Below are positions 11,330-25,284 of a stretch of 64,000 bases of DNA, piece after piece (within the stretch, counting starts at the first letter, position 1; each line of letters opens with the position of its first letter). This stretch comes from Raillietiella orientalis. Its lineage: Eukaryota. The position numbers and the translations under genes are program-made. The notes beneath the pieces are model-generated. The model made no database searches. It saw only the letters and a program-made list of their open reading frames with translations, and had not been told where the DNA came from. The stretch is taken from the NCBI GenBank assembly GCA_036172245.1, contig JAYWIR010000003.1, positions 4,650,001 to 4,714,000 of the forward strand, written 5' to 3'.

Positions 11330-14300
11330 CATAGGTTGGTAGTGTTCCGGAAACTGATCGAGTGAATGGTAGGGGATGAGGAAAAGTAGTGATGGAGAGC
11401 AGGAGAACGTGAAGCATGGCTGTAACACATGGCTGAATAATAGATCAGGGTCAAGAATAGGGGATACGCTGGCTAGGTGGAAGGGAATCAGGAACGCTGC
11501 TCGGATTACAGTTCGAATACGGTTTCGGATGGAGGTGAGATGCGTGCAGCGCATCGAAATAGGGCGAAAAGGATTCCTACGTCTCTGTACAGATCGCAAC
11601 TTCGAAAAGGCTAAGGGGAATAGTGGACCATCAACATCTTCTTCGCAAGGAAGATTTCGGAAACGTGATGTGAAACGATTTCCGGCTAAACTGGAAAAGG
11701 TATCTCTCACTGGTGCACTGCATTGGATTAGGGTTGAGGCGAGGGACTCGCTCATATGCACAAGTTTAACTCGATGGCGCTGACACGCGAGATTTCTTAT
11801 CTCCAAAGGATAGAACCCGGCTCCTCCCACTCAAAGAAATGGAAGAATATTCTCGTTTTTCAGTGCCCAGAAGCTCCTGCACACACTGAGGTTGTGTCGT
11901 CAAAGACGAATCATCAAGGATGGAGAAGTTGCACACAAAAAGTGCAGCGTGATGAGGAAAGGTGGAACGAGTGTTCAGAAGGGGAATGATTCGGATCTAT
12001 GAGGAAGTGAGGAGACGCAATGGCAATCGCATCGATCCTGCGGGAATCGCTGGATTTTCATGGATTGAACGCGAGACCGATGACGGTACGGGCAATGGAA
12101 AGGTTCAGCACGAGGTATGCGGCTAAACCTGACGATGAAGCACAGGCAGACCCAACGTTTGAACAACTCCCGCGTGATGTCTTGGAAAACAAGAGTCGTC
12201 GAGCAGCACAAGAACAGGTTCGAAAATCCAGAGTTTGTTTCATCTCATGGACAAGGAACTGGAGATGGCCTTTCTAACCTTGGGATGGCCGGTCGTCTTT
12301 TCGCAAGACCACCCGGCGGGGCTCTGCTTTTCTAGTCGCAGCAACCGGTGCTGCGGTTGCAGTCGGCATGAGTAGACGTAAGGAAGAGCAGGAAGAGGGG
12401 CTAATCCGCTCCGGGAAGGGGAACGCGAGGCACCTGGCAGGAGCAGCAGGAGATTTCGGTATCCGCTACACTGCCATCAAGAGGGTGATCGAAAGAGCTG
12501 CGGGAGAGGAGTTAACGCTCCCGAAATTTTCGGGCAGCGTTACGGCAACTCTGTGTATTTTTTTTTTTTCTTTCCACGACTTAGCAAAGGGTTATCTATC
12601 CCATCTTGACACTTCGGGATCTCGAATACAAAAAGTTTACACATTAGGGCATCATGTATCGCCTTTAAGGTATCTATCAAAAGCACTTAGTTTGGCGTCT
12701 CCTGGATTAATGATCGCTTATGGATGCATATTACGACCAGCTCACACGTTTCTGAACCTTAGTGTCTCGTAGTTTACCTCCATCCTCTTGAAAGACTCGG
12801 TTAAAAGGTACCTGTCGACATGATGGTTGAGACCGCTGGTGGATATGCTCCAAGCCCATTGGTAGAACACACAAGGAAGCGAGGCAGGTGGTCTGTTCCG
12901 GGGGATTTCAGAAGCAGTGCATCTCGTTCTTACTTTTTCAGCTCACTGGATTGATCTAAGGCTGCAAGATAAGGAGGCGACCCTTTGAGTGCGTACGTAG
13001 CGGATCTCCTAATGTCGATGTCTCCTATCCGTAAAGTTGCAAGATAAGGAATACAAAAGAGACGAACGAGAACGTGGCTGTAAGCAAATACTTTAGGGAG
13101 TGTACTTCCACGGGAATCCCTTGATGCACGTTCTGTTCCTTCAAGGAAGCAGCATCAACGTCGTCTCCCCGCTTTCCGGCAGACTCTTCCGTATTGACGA
13201 TCTGCATGTGTCCGTGAGAACACTGAATGGGGGCATGAAAATGACGCTATCCTTGCGTTTCATCCGATTTTTTTTTTTTTTTTTTCGAATGACGTTTGGG
13301 AGAGGATCTTTCGATGTTTCTCGAATTAGGGGCACCTCTCACCCACATGCGCTGCCACTGTATGGCCCTGCAATCATCACGCATCAGAACACAACGCTGG
13401 TCCGGTGCACGGAAGCACAGCAAAATCAGAAATTTGTTGTGCCCTCATTTCCCCTGTTTTCTTTCCTCCCTACGAAATTCGTCTTCGTCATCCCTCGACG
13501 GCGTTGCTTTACGCATCGAGCAAGCTAATGAAGAGGAAGTCTGCCCACCTTTCCCGAAAATCTCAAGGGAATGCTTATGAGTGGGTGGTTCTCCGCATCC
13601 CTACTTGATTGCTTTCTCAACCCTACGCTGATTGAACATTCGTGCATGATCGAACATTTTGCAGATTAAGATATTGGTCTTCACTCGATCTGAAACCGTG
13701 CCTTCACATATGTGCAACGTCGGAAAACTATTTTTGCTTCCGACAGGCAGAAAATCATTCCCGGGGAGCTCAGTGGCTTGTTGCGGTTGGGGGACCTTAG
13801 AACTTGGTGATTCTCCGGGAAGTACCTGCGAATTCGAGCGGGAATGAAGAAAGATATGCATGAAACACCTTCCTGAACATCATGCATTTGGACGTTTAAC
13901 TAGAGCAGTGTACAAGATACACTACAGCAATCCAGAAATCGGCTAACAAGAAACTTTTTTCTAATTTTAGGAAAAGCTGCGAAAACATCACCTGGACCGG
14001 GAACCTTCGATTGACTACGAGCCTGCGGTTAAAATGGGGAACTGCACTACGGAATTTCACTCATTACTGGAGCCATGCGGAAACATCCTCACTTCCCGAA
14101 CCCATACACTGGTGCCGAAGCACCACTTGCAAGCGAGAGCAGGAATGAACTCGTGCGACCATCAAACACCGATCCAGGCAGACAACACATAATGAACGTA
14201 TGGGTCTGCCTCAGAAGACCTACCGATGCGGAGTTCATGATAGCATGGAAATCTCCTAAAGAGCTCCTCGAGTTACCAACTTCTACCAGACCCGTCCGTT

Positions 14301-14760
14301 CAACACCTCACCTCAAGAACTCTTAGTGACGCTGGTAGCAGACTTCGGGAGCCACCGAAAGACTTTGAAAAAATTGATGTCCGCAACAATAGAGGAGGAT
14401 TTCTATAGTGTCGAAGCCATATCAGGACCATTTGAACAACGGTCATTCCGGCAGAATGAAGGTGAAGCGAACACTCGAACAGGATGAACAGCAATCACCG
14501 TGGGAAGATCCACATTCGACTGAAACATGAGAAGTTCACCTCCAGTAGGCGTGCACTCCAGCGCAAGGAGACATGGCTTTTTCTTCTAGAGAATACTCCG
14601 ATCGAGGGAAAGCCCCGTCCTGCGTTGGCCAACACTGTCCATCAGGACGCATTTCGTTCAGCGAAGAGTAGACTGACACGTTAATCGGTTCATGAATGCA
14701 GCGAGGTTGAGCGTGAGGTCATGGCGGGCCACGTACAAGGAATCACAGGCACGGATCGGA
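11330..14760 (+). mobile_element. Heavily decayed RTE-clade non-LTR retrotransposon (LINE) remnant
   Basis: Broken motifs occur in the expected order over ~3.4 kb: NGRG*GKVVMESRR (~11365; compare TGRGREVVDMMERRR of the RTE endonuclease), RRAAQEQVRKSR..DKE (~12196-12258; compare KAAKEVLG..DKETWWW), KIHIRLK...KETW (~14505-14577; compare IPLRLK..YGSETW) and (W)AGHVQ (~14721). Many stops and frameshifts; based on recalled consensus only. Confidence 0.45.
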
Positions 14761-16583
14761 TGCGTGGTGTGAGAAGACCGTCCCGCACATCCTCAACAGC
14801 TGCACCAGCAACCCAACCCTCCTCATGTCCAGACACGACGATTAGTTAGCCCGGCCCCAGGGCATGGAAGCACCCGTTGGGAGCGGATAGCCTCCAACCA
14901 GCCGGCCAACATCTGGATCTCAGCTCCAAGCCTTCCACCCGACTGAAGGTGAGGAACGAGTGGGCTCACCTGCCCTCCAGGAACTCAGTAGTGGCTGTGG
15001 AAGAGTCGAGACACCGAAAAGGGTGCGAGGACGAGCTCCTCCAAAGGAGCGCTAGCTTCAACGTGGGCATTCGTCATGGGATCATCAGGAGGCGGGGACC
15101 CAAGGTACAATGAGGCATCAAGAGCACCTCAGGAAAGACATGATGTACTCTAACATCCAGCTCTCTCGAAGCATGTCCTGAATGCATTGGTTAAACCACT
15201 AGTCGTGACGAACCACCCCTGTGAAGACGATGTTCTCCTCCAGAGGACTAGGTAAGAGCACTGATCTTACAGTGGAAATGGTGGAGAATCCTCATTGATA
15301 GCACTGCTTTTATCCTCCCTTTAACATTAATTTTATACAAACAAAATATTAATAAACCACTCTACTGTGACAAAGGAACGATCCATAGATGATGTACAGT
15401 GCAGCTCAAGGCCAGCAGGATGAGAGCAACCTGCTTGCAATTTTCGCATACCTCGCCCTCCTGTAGAAATGGATTTTCTATTTTTTTCTCCTATTTTTTC
15501 CTCCTATTTTTTTTTCTTTTTCTTTTCAGTCTAAGGCAATGAGCTCCTAATTCGATTGCCTAAACTAGGTAGGGTGTACACTTGAGGGAATGCACATCTT
15601 TCCGGATGCAAACTTTCTTGTCAAACGAAGATGGTGAGCACTGAGGCCATGGCATCAGAACAGTATGCTTAACATGCAGCAAAGCTTAGGGAAATGAGAA
15701 AAGATGCACGAAAGCGAACCAACTGCAATTCTGATGCAGTACTGTCAGGACCAAACAGGAAGGATATGGAAGTTTTTTTTTTTGCTACTATGCTAATTAC
15801 AAGCTTAAAATCTAACAATGCTAATGCATATCTCTCTCCCACAATTGCCTCACGGTGTCCCCCTGAATTCGGGAAGCAGTACATTCCCACATTAACACTG
15901 ATTTGGCAATCACTTGCATCTCACCTGATACACCAAGACACGCTGGTAGACAATGTGCACACAAATGACACACCAAGACAGTGAGGCAAAGTATGTTTGA
16001 GACAAACATCAACCTCAAGTTTTCTTCAATAAAGTACCCAAGTCACGCATTTAGATGCAGCACGACACAAAAGTGCACGCCCATATTTCTCAATGACATG
16101 TGCTCAAAGAATATGTATTCCTTATAGGTATTTCACTGCATTTCAGTTTTTTTTTTTTTTTCTTAAAAAACGTCTTTCTTGAACAAATCTTAACTTTTGA
16201 ACAAGATGCATAAACAAATGTGAAAAAGTACGTAGGGGTAAAGTACACGTTCATATAAGGCATTCTCAAAAAGGGTTTTGGATCGCCAGCTTGAGGAACT
16301 GATACATACTGGCATGTCATTAAGCCAAACATTTGTCACAATGGTCAACTGCTTTTCCTCATACCACGAGTTCCTCAGAACAAAAAAATGAACGGAATAA
16401 TGCAAAATGGCCTAATGTGAACCTAGATATTTTTATTAATTTACTTAAATCTCTGACACTGCATACCAGTTTCGAACATGACGAATGCAAAACAAAGGTT
16501 GCGATTTTCTATTGTGAATTGTTTTCAGGTAATAGCAGAGAAGTATTCCACATATGCTCTATGTCCACAGTTGGCTAATCTTG

Positions 16584-19500
16584 CTAAAGCATTGGCAAAC
16601 TAACACTGGTGGGAACAGGATTGCTTTGATATGGATAGGTTCGAACTTTCATTCTATGTTTCAGATCTGATTCCATCTGATAGGATGTCTCTTAGTCACT
16701 GCAAAATCCTAAAGCACAATCCTTACCTTGTACATGTTCGTTTGAATTGGCATGACAGGTCTGTATGGATCAGTGCTTGAAGAATGGAATGAAGCAGAAT
16801 GGAAAAATGCTTCAGGTTCAGAAAATGCGATTACTGGAGGCACATCAACACCATCGTAGGATCTCCACAAATTAAGAATACCACCTTCACCACCAGTAAT
16901 GAAAGACTGCGACTGGAAAACAACAACTTGCAATGCTGGAAGACACATCATGTTTCTTTACCTGTGACAAGAAGTGGCTACACCGAACGATTTGGTTGCT
17001 TCTCTCTGTAGCCAGAATAGCATATGGCATTAGTTTGTTCCCTTCAAGACTCAGGATACGAAGGCATGTTCTACTGACATAACAATTTTGCAAACAAAAA
17101 ACAATGCCTTACCGAGGTCGGGCAGAACTACCACATACTAACAATATGGTTTCTGAGTTTGGCAAGCTGTGGCAATTAACAAGGTAGCAATTCGTGACCA
17201 GTTTGCGCTTAATTCATCTTATTAATCTTGCCACCATCGATCGCCTACTTACCTGCATCGCATGCATCACATCTTCCCGAGAACAAGTATACAAAGGCAT
17301 AGGGTCCTTAATGTTCCACAGCTGTACAGTTTCCCTATGTGTCAGACAACAAAGGCATCTGGGGTCATCTCCAGTTTTGCACCACATCATTTTGTCCTAA
17401 ATAACAATTCCTTGCATATCCAAGGCTCGTGACAAGAATTTCAAATGGAATGAAAATGAATACAAATTGACATTCCAAGCCTCAACCAAACATAAACACA
17501 GCATCATGTACAGGTTTGCCCAAAACATGATAGATATAATGAAAACTGATATTAATCTAATTTCCGAAATGAATCTGGATTGTGATTAATATACTAAGTT
17601 CTTCATTGCATGCAACTGTGCACCTTACAATCATTATTAGCAATTGTAAGATTACTTCCACAAGTGTTTCGTCACAACTAAAACTTTTTGTCCAAAATAA
17701 GTTAAGCAACCTGCATCACCATAAAAATAATAAAAACCTCAAAGGAACAGTTCGGTAGGAATGTGATTTAGAAATGTATCTGAACAAAAAGCAGCAAAAT
17801 TTGTCATTGTTCTTAAACACAATATGTACACAAAAACAAAATGACAGGTAAAAAATACAAAAATGAAAAAACGAGTCATCACTATACTGAACAACAATGA
17901 CTTAATATAAATGTAATTGACAACTGATGTATTGCTACATTTTTTCTTCATCTTCAGAAATACAAAAAAAAGAAAGAAAATCATCATGCAACATGGGGGG
18001 ATGATGATAGGCAAATCATTTTTCCCATTGTACTATGACTTGTTGAAAGAGTACGAAAAGAAAAATACACTGAAACTTATGCCTTAAATGCAACATCAAG
18101 ATTGAGATTATGATGGAACAAGATCCCTTACAAAACACAGTTGTAGTCTCTGTTAATCTTAATTTCTTCTTCTGACATGCATCGGATTTATTTAGCATTG
18201 ATTAGCAATTACAAAACAGCCACAATACCCATATGAATCAAACTGATATTTACTAAGAAGAGAACTGCAGATGGGAACAAGTTCACGAAACTGCAAATAT
18301 GATACGATCATACTACACAAAAAGCACTTATCCAACATGAACCTCTGTAACCAATCAAAACAAGTCAAAGAGTACATACAAGGGTATGATAAAAGAATAA
18401 TTCAGCATAGGTTATTTATCAAAACATACTACTGATATGTCCTGTGTATTTAAAGACATCTGAAGTGCTTCATCTTCGGATCCTTCTCCAACATCAAAGA
18501 TATTTAAAAGACCCTCAATTGATGACACTGCAAGCAAATCTCTCTCACGTGGATGAAACTGTACCTGCCTCATCATAGTTAGTACCTTTGCATTAAAGTT
18601 TAGCTGGAGCTCACTTGAGTAATGTCACCACCATGTGAATCCCAGTAGCCACCCTCGAGTTGAGCCTGCCTTACATCCCAGAATAATAAAAATGTATTTT
18701 CTCCTCTCTGCTCAGTACCACCACACAAAACCTGGTCATCCAGGCTCACATCAAAAGCTGTCAAAGGTTTCAATCTCTTGGGATTGTCAGCAATTGTATG
18801 GTCTATCTCTGTCTGCTAAAGGAAGGAAAGATGAAATGGTAAACTCACCTATGAAGATGCTGACAGGCTGCTCTGCCTTAGTTCTTAAATCCCAAAGTGT
18901 AACCTTGTCCTTAGTACCAACAAAGAGCAGACGGGGATTTACTGAGCTGAACCTAACAGGGAAGCAGCCATTATAAAAAGGCCAGTTGCTGAAGAAGTAG
19001 AGGAAATTAAATTCCTGAACTTTACTTCAGACCAATTATATCTAAAGACTGGCATTGAATCTTCTGCAAAAATGTAAACTGGTCCACACTGTACACCATC
19101 ACACTACGATCTGTCAGTCCAGCAGCAAATGTTCCACCACTCTCCATCCTCAAGAAATATTATGCATTCAACAAATTTCAATAGCATTTAAGCAGAATTC
19201 CATCAAAAGTATAATCGATTACTTACCCATTACTATCCAAGTATAGAATATATGTGTACTTATGTGCAATTAAAAGATGACCAACACAAGCATATGGATT
19301 ATAAAAAAGTCTTTGCAAATCAGTCTCATCGCACGCATCTTCATCAAAATCAAGAATATCAATCAAATCCAATTTCTGATTAGGATCTAAAAGAAAAATG
19401 TTCTTCAGCCATGATTTTTTCTTTTTGCACAAAGACTCATACTGTGAACTTTAACTGAAATTGCATATCCAAAACATTACATCATATCAATTACCAGAAA

Positions 19501-22500
19501 CCAGATAGGACAGAATGCTGATGTGACTTCCAAAACTTACTTCCAAGAGTTATTACAAAAAAATAGTGTCCTTTTTTAATCAACATTAAAATCACAAAAT
19601 CATGATTCTCATTTAAAAAACAGTAAATATCTGAGAATATTAATTTTTTATACAAAAAGAATTCTCATGCAACACAATCACACCCTGAACTATTAAAAAT
19701 AACTAACCAAAAACAGACAAAAACTAAACATAACAGAAATTTATAATGCACTTCGACATGATTTCAAAACATGATTCAATCAAGATTCATAAACAAGGGT
19801 TACCGAACTAATTTTCCATTAGAAACCATTTCTATTGAAACAGTAAGATTTATGAGCTAAAGAAATTAATTTGACCTTCAAGCTAAAAAGGCATCCATGA
19901 TCTTTAGTTTTGCATCCCTAATGATCAATACCACTGCTGTGGAATTTCCTTGCTGGTAAAAAAATGCAGAATTTCATGGGGGGAAGATTCAGTGGAGCAT
20001 ATCAAATCAAAGAATTTCAAACTTGCATTCCTTAATTCTTTCACATTAATAAAAAGCATCTGCAACACAAAGTGGCAATCCTGTGGATTCCATTTATTCT
20101 TTAGAAATTCAATGGCAGACAGCAGTAGGAATTTTGTTTGATCCATTTCAATGAATGCTTTTGTTTTCAATATTTTAAAATAAAACTTGCTCCCAATCTT
20201 TCATTACAATCACCCTAATTTCTTTCAAACAATCGTAAATCTTTCAACACAATAGTACAAACCCAACAAATCTAATTCACTGAATAGTCAGTGTACACAT
20301 TTACTTATGATGATTTACTTAAATATTCCTCTTATGTTTCCTATAATTGTCCAGAACTCATACAAATCTGATGAAGTACAATTCCAATGCATAATTTACT
20401 ATCACTAAAGCTGTTTAAAATCCTTGTACCAGGAATATGTGATACTACAGTGCACAGACCATGAGCACCAACACTTTTTTTGCCAGGAAGCAACAAAACT
20501 TGGAAAACTCGAAAGTTAATTCATAAGGAGATAATTCATTGTAAATTTTCAAATCTTTAGCATTTTTTTAAAAAACAATGTAAAGATTTATTGAAGCAAA
20601 CTGAAAAGGCTGGAAAAGTATTGGAGGAAGAAATCAAAGATGGATTATCGAGTTAACATCCATGCTGATGTAAAACCACATACTTACAAGAATGATGTCA
20701 TAGGAATATAAAACAACATGCATTGTACTACAATATTAGTAAACTTCAGAGTAAAATAACCTACAAACAGAATAGTGATGAAAGTTTTTGAACTGAAATC
20801 TAAACCAATTGGAACGTTTCTAGACCTGGATGTGAATTTTGAAAATACTGAGTTCTTATTAAATCAATACTTAAATACTGATGAAGATTCAATATTTCAA
20901 AACAATTGCCTCGAACAATATTCAATTATCACATCAGATCGATCAAATAATTACAAACATTAGAGAACCATATATGATAATTACCATTGTTGTTACTCAA
21001 TTTCACATTCATAGTAAAATGGATGTACTTCCACACCCTAATTGAAAAATGCAACCCACAGCAAGAACATCATAATAAATTTAATCTTATTGAAATGAAT
21101 AACTTACTGGTATATAGCTAATGCAGTAAACTCACAATCATTAACATCTTGTATGACTGATAAGGATAGAACAATCTAAAACATGTTATTTGAAAAAATT
21201 CAACAAACATGTTTGAAATTTCATTATCAGTCCATCAATCAACTTTAGATCACTGGTTAAACATGGTTGCACATGGTAAATTCACACCAGTCTCTTTAAA
21301 ACAAGAAAAAAACATGGGAACTCCACATATTACACCTGTGTGTCCCCACCAGTGCAACAGCTACACAATACCTAGTTGCCTGTTACTAATGACAAACGAA
21401 CTTTGTTTATCAAAAAGGAACTCTGAATAACACAAATTATGACTTTTATTCATGCATAACCATGAAATGGAATCTGGAACATTAAACCAACACAGTCACA
21501 TAACATGAGTAATCTCAAAATTGTATCAGTTTTTTGATTGTTATCTTTTATTTTTTAAACAAAGTATCCAGCATTTTTAAATGCTTTGTGAAGCAACATA
21601 CATTCATTACAACTAAGTCTACAAAGTACAAAAATGGAGGCTTTGAGAACCGTCGACAAAAAATAAAGAACTGTAACCGATACACTGACAATTTTTTTTC
21701 CCTTAATAACAATGGAATGTACAACGAAAACTTGGACCTGATAATAGTACTTCCCGACATAAAACCGTAAAAAATTACACTGAGATACTGAAAGCCGTTC
21801 ATTTGAAGAAGCTAAATAAAGATTTTTCTCCTTTGTCAAATAGAAGCATCTTTCGTTGGAAACAAACATTTTTCTCTTTTTTTCACTAACTTTGAACAGT
21901 CTTAATTCATTAAAGATATCAAAAAATTGAAAAATTTCCAAACTTTTAAAAATTTCTTCTCGACATGCATCAATATAAAACATCATACAAACAAGTAACC
22001 TAAACGAATACATACCAGCTTGGGCTTGATATAAATCCATTTTGAACTAGGTTTTGTAAGTCATTCCAGTTCTTTGAAAGCAATTTGTCGTACTCGCAAT
22101 GCACTGCAACAAAACAGAACCAACTTGAAAAACACATGCACAACACTGCGGGCAAAATGTTTCATAGCAATTTATAAATCTGGGGTTTTTCACACAAATG
22201 ATTGCAAGAACACTTGGGAAATCAATTACTGACTCAAAAATAACTTATCGGCTACAAGGAGATCTGAGCAATTCTAAGAAAGAATACACTTTACCAATTT
22301 CACACATGTAAACACCTAGAAAACGCTGTATTTTACTCAAGTATTACGATCAAGGATCAATGTGAAATTCCAAATGATAGTTGTGCTCAGACCGAGTATT
22401 ACTGGTCATAAAAAAACAGTTCACGAAAACAGGGCTACGAAAGGGAAGAATTCATCAGAAACAAATACTAAGGCATTACTCACAGTTCAAAATCTCAACA

Positions 22501-23194
22501 TGACACTTATGAGAAATGACGTATCACATTTCAACAAACTCCTTAGTCAAAAAGCTTCGGCAAGCTCTGACGAATCAAGGAACGTCACACATAAATAAAC
22601 AAATTCAAACACAGATACTCAAACAAAACACAAAATAAATGGTGTTTACTTCTACGCATGTTCCTTCCTAGAAAACAAGTTCAACAAGCCTCCCACGCTA
22701 CGAAAGAAAGTCACACTAGTTCACACAGATAACGCTTACCAACCTTTCTCCAAGGAATCCCAAGTAATACTGAAACATTAAATAAAAGTGAAAATATGAA
22801 TACACTCTTCGACCGCATTGCATTCCAAGCCCAGCTTATACCACTAAAGAACGGGAAAAAAAAGATTTTTAATATCACTGCTCAGCTAACCATGAAAAGG
22901 AGATTTTAAGGAGCCAAAACAATAAAATAAACATGTGATCGCAGCTCATGAATAAAGAAATCGTATCTGCATCTTGACTGTCGTTTTCACTGATAGAAGA
23001 ATCACATAAATGTTTACTGTGAGAAGAAAAATTTTCCCACATATAGGCGGATAAAATTTCTGGAACAAGCAGAACACACAACTTTCTTCATAAATAATTG
23101 CTCTGTTTGCATTTTGCTTTGTTTAATTTAAGAAGCATTGAAGACAACAGCTGCATTTAATTACCTCGGAACTATTCGTCAACGCCGTCAACAT
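16584..23194 (-). CDS. WDR89: WD repeat-containing protein 89
   Basis: Phase-consistent exons: 23194-23165 (tentative start MLTALTNSSE), 19375-19227, 19148-19026, 18952-18849, 18802-18615, 18564-18430, 17396-17253, 17207-17113, 17070-16962, 16912-16727, 16676-16584. The translation includes VTLWDLR, PLTAFDVSLDDQVLCGGTEQ, FLLFWDVRQAQLEGGYWDSHGGDITQVQFHP, SSIEGLLNIFDV..SEDEAL, CLTHRETVQLWN and FITGGEGGILNLW, all characteristic of WDR89. Confidence 0.9.
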
Positions 23195-24597
23195 CCAAAT
23201 TTTCTGCGCTATCGGATCGACTTTACAAGAGACAACATACCTTCGTTTCTCCTTAAAGTATGCTGAAGATCAGATTGCTGAAAATCTAAACGTGAAGATG
23301 AGTATTAAATTATTTAGCAACACAATTTCGATTAGAAAATGAGACTTACAATACAAAATATTTTATTTTGAAAACTAAAAGAACTTGTGCACCTAGAAAA
23401 ACGAATGAATTATTAATTTAATTTAATTTATTTTTTCACAAACGGAATCTGTAACCATACGGGTATAAAATCAGTAGAAATTCCATTTTAAATCAAACTA
23501 TTGGAGAAACTCCTAATATTAACCAGTGGCAGCTTACAATGCTTTAGAACTTTTGAATGCCTTCCAAAATTCTCACCTAAGTATCCCATTACTTTTAAAG
23601 AATGCTAAGATTGTGTATTTCAAAACTGAATTCATTTCCAATTAAGACAAATCACACTTACAGAACCTTTGTTAGTATAAATATTCTGATTCGGAAGAGA
23701 ACATAGCGTTTTTTAACTTTCTATAAATACTTTCTCTAGAAATTTCTTTACAGCTTCATGATTTTTTGTTTCATAACAGCTCAAATTCTAGAATCCTGTA
23801 AAACAGAGTAACACAATAAAGGTATTGTCCAGAAAAGAACATTTCAATGAGTCTCAATGTGCATGGTTTGAAAATAGGATATCATGTTTTTTTGCTTCCT
23901 GCAGTCTTTCCTCAGTTCATACTATGAGCATTTCAGACTTCTATGAAAATGCATGTTAAAATCGAAGTAAATTTGAAAATCTAGAGAGAGCAAAATAATG
24001 GTCAAGAAAGCTTATCGGTACGATGCATTTGTTTGGATAAATTCAAACTTCTGATGGAACAATTTTAAGGATAGCATAAAGTTGGAAATGCCTCATCTAT
24101 CTTCTAACTTCTGAAAGATAGAATCGACAATGGGATTATGATTTAAAGTCCTACTTAAAGCACTCTTGTATGAGATCCAATCAAGCATAAGAAAGTTGAG
24201 ACTTTGCCAGAACTGTGAGAAATCCAGAACTTGCATTTGGAACGCAATAACTGCTCGAAAGCATTCTAATTTCGAGGAACAGATTTGTAATGAGTAGCAG
24301 ACAGAACTAACAGTTTCTCCAAAATAGCTATGAAGGTGCTATGGGTTGTGCTCTAGACTTTAGTGCTTATCATGCTCAAAATATTGTAAAACATTTTCTC
24401 AGTACAATGATAACTTTTAAAACATGCAAAATACTAAATAATTTAACCCAAAACAATCGAAATTGATTTTTTCCTTATTCCAAGACAGAATACAGAATCC
24501 AGATTAAAATTAAAATACAGATATATATTAAAATACAGAATATTATATTATTGCAAATAAAGTTGGCTTTGCTAGAGCTTGATGCTCTAAGAAAATA

Positions 24598-24613
24598 GTC
24601 CTTTTCCGTGAGT
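24598..24613 (+). promoter_or_regulatory. Candidate TCT initiator / 5'TOP micro-first-exon of RPL12 with its 5' splice site
   Basis: GTC-CTTTTCC matches the YYC+1TTTYY TCT motif of animal ribosomal protein genes and is followed immediately by GTGAGT. An otherwise unpaired acceptor (TGTAG, ending 26447) lies 12 nt upstream of the RPL12 ATG. Strand base skew changes from A/C-rich to T/G-rich in this area. Confidence 0.45.
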
Positions 24614-25221
24614 TAATCTTACTGTACATGCCAGATTGGATAAACAACGAATTTCGTCAAAGAGTTTGAATACAAGAATTTTTAAAGAATCACAAACGTT
24701 TTGTGCGCACACACCTTGGATCATCAATTAATACGTCGAAAGGATAACTGACTAGGAATTGTTGAGATCTGAAGCTTCTGTTAGATGAAGTGAAAACTAT
24801 TATTTCTTGATTAAATTCAATCGTATAGTGGTTAAATAGCATCATGGACATGAATGAAAGACTTTTAGGATTGGAATCCTTTAAGAATTTTAGTATATGC
24901 ATAGCCGCGCAGAAAAATTTTGAGCCCGAAACAATGGCATAATAATATTTTGGGTAATAAATCTAGTGCAATATTTTATTCGTATCAGAAGAACTTTTCG
25001 TATACGGTACAGCAAAATGGTGGTGCTACATTAGATAATATTGTTAGAAAATATACTAGTTTCGGATAGTTCCAACTCTAATGTTTTTTTATCTAGAATG
25101 ATTATTTATGTTCTGCTAATACAAAATGTTTCCTTTGGAATTTTGATTTTCAGAAATATATATTTACAAAACACTTTTGATCATTCTAAAGGCTGCAAAT
25201 TTTAATCGTACATCTCGAAAT

Positions 25222-25284
25222 AGATATGAATGTGCTTGCATGAAAGCAATTTTTTTCGGCTTTCATGCAAGCACATTCATATCT
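25222..25284. repeat. Perfect 26-bp inverted repeat with 11-nt loop (63-nt hairpin)
   Basis: AGATATGAATGTGCTTGCATGAAAGC / AATTTTTTTCG / GCTTTCATGCAAGCACATTCATATCT. Confidence 0.95.
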
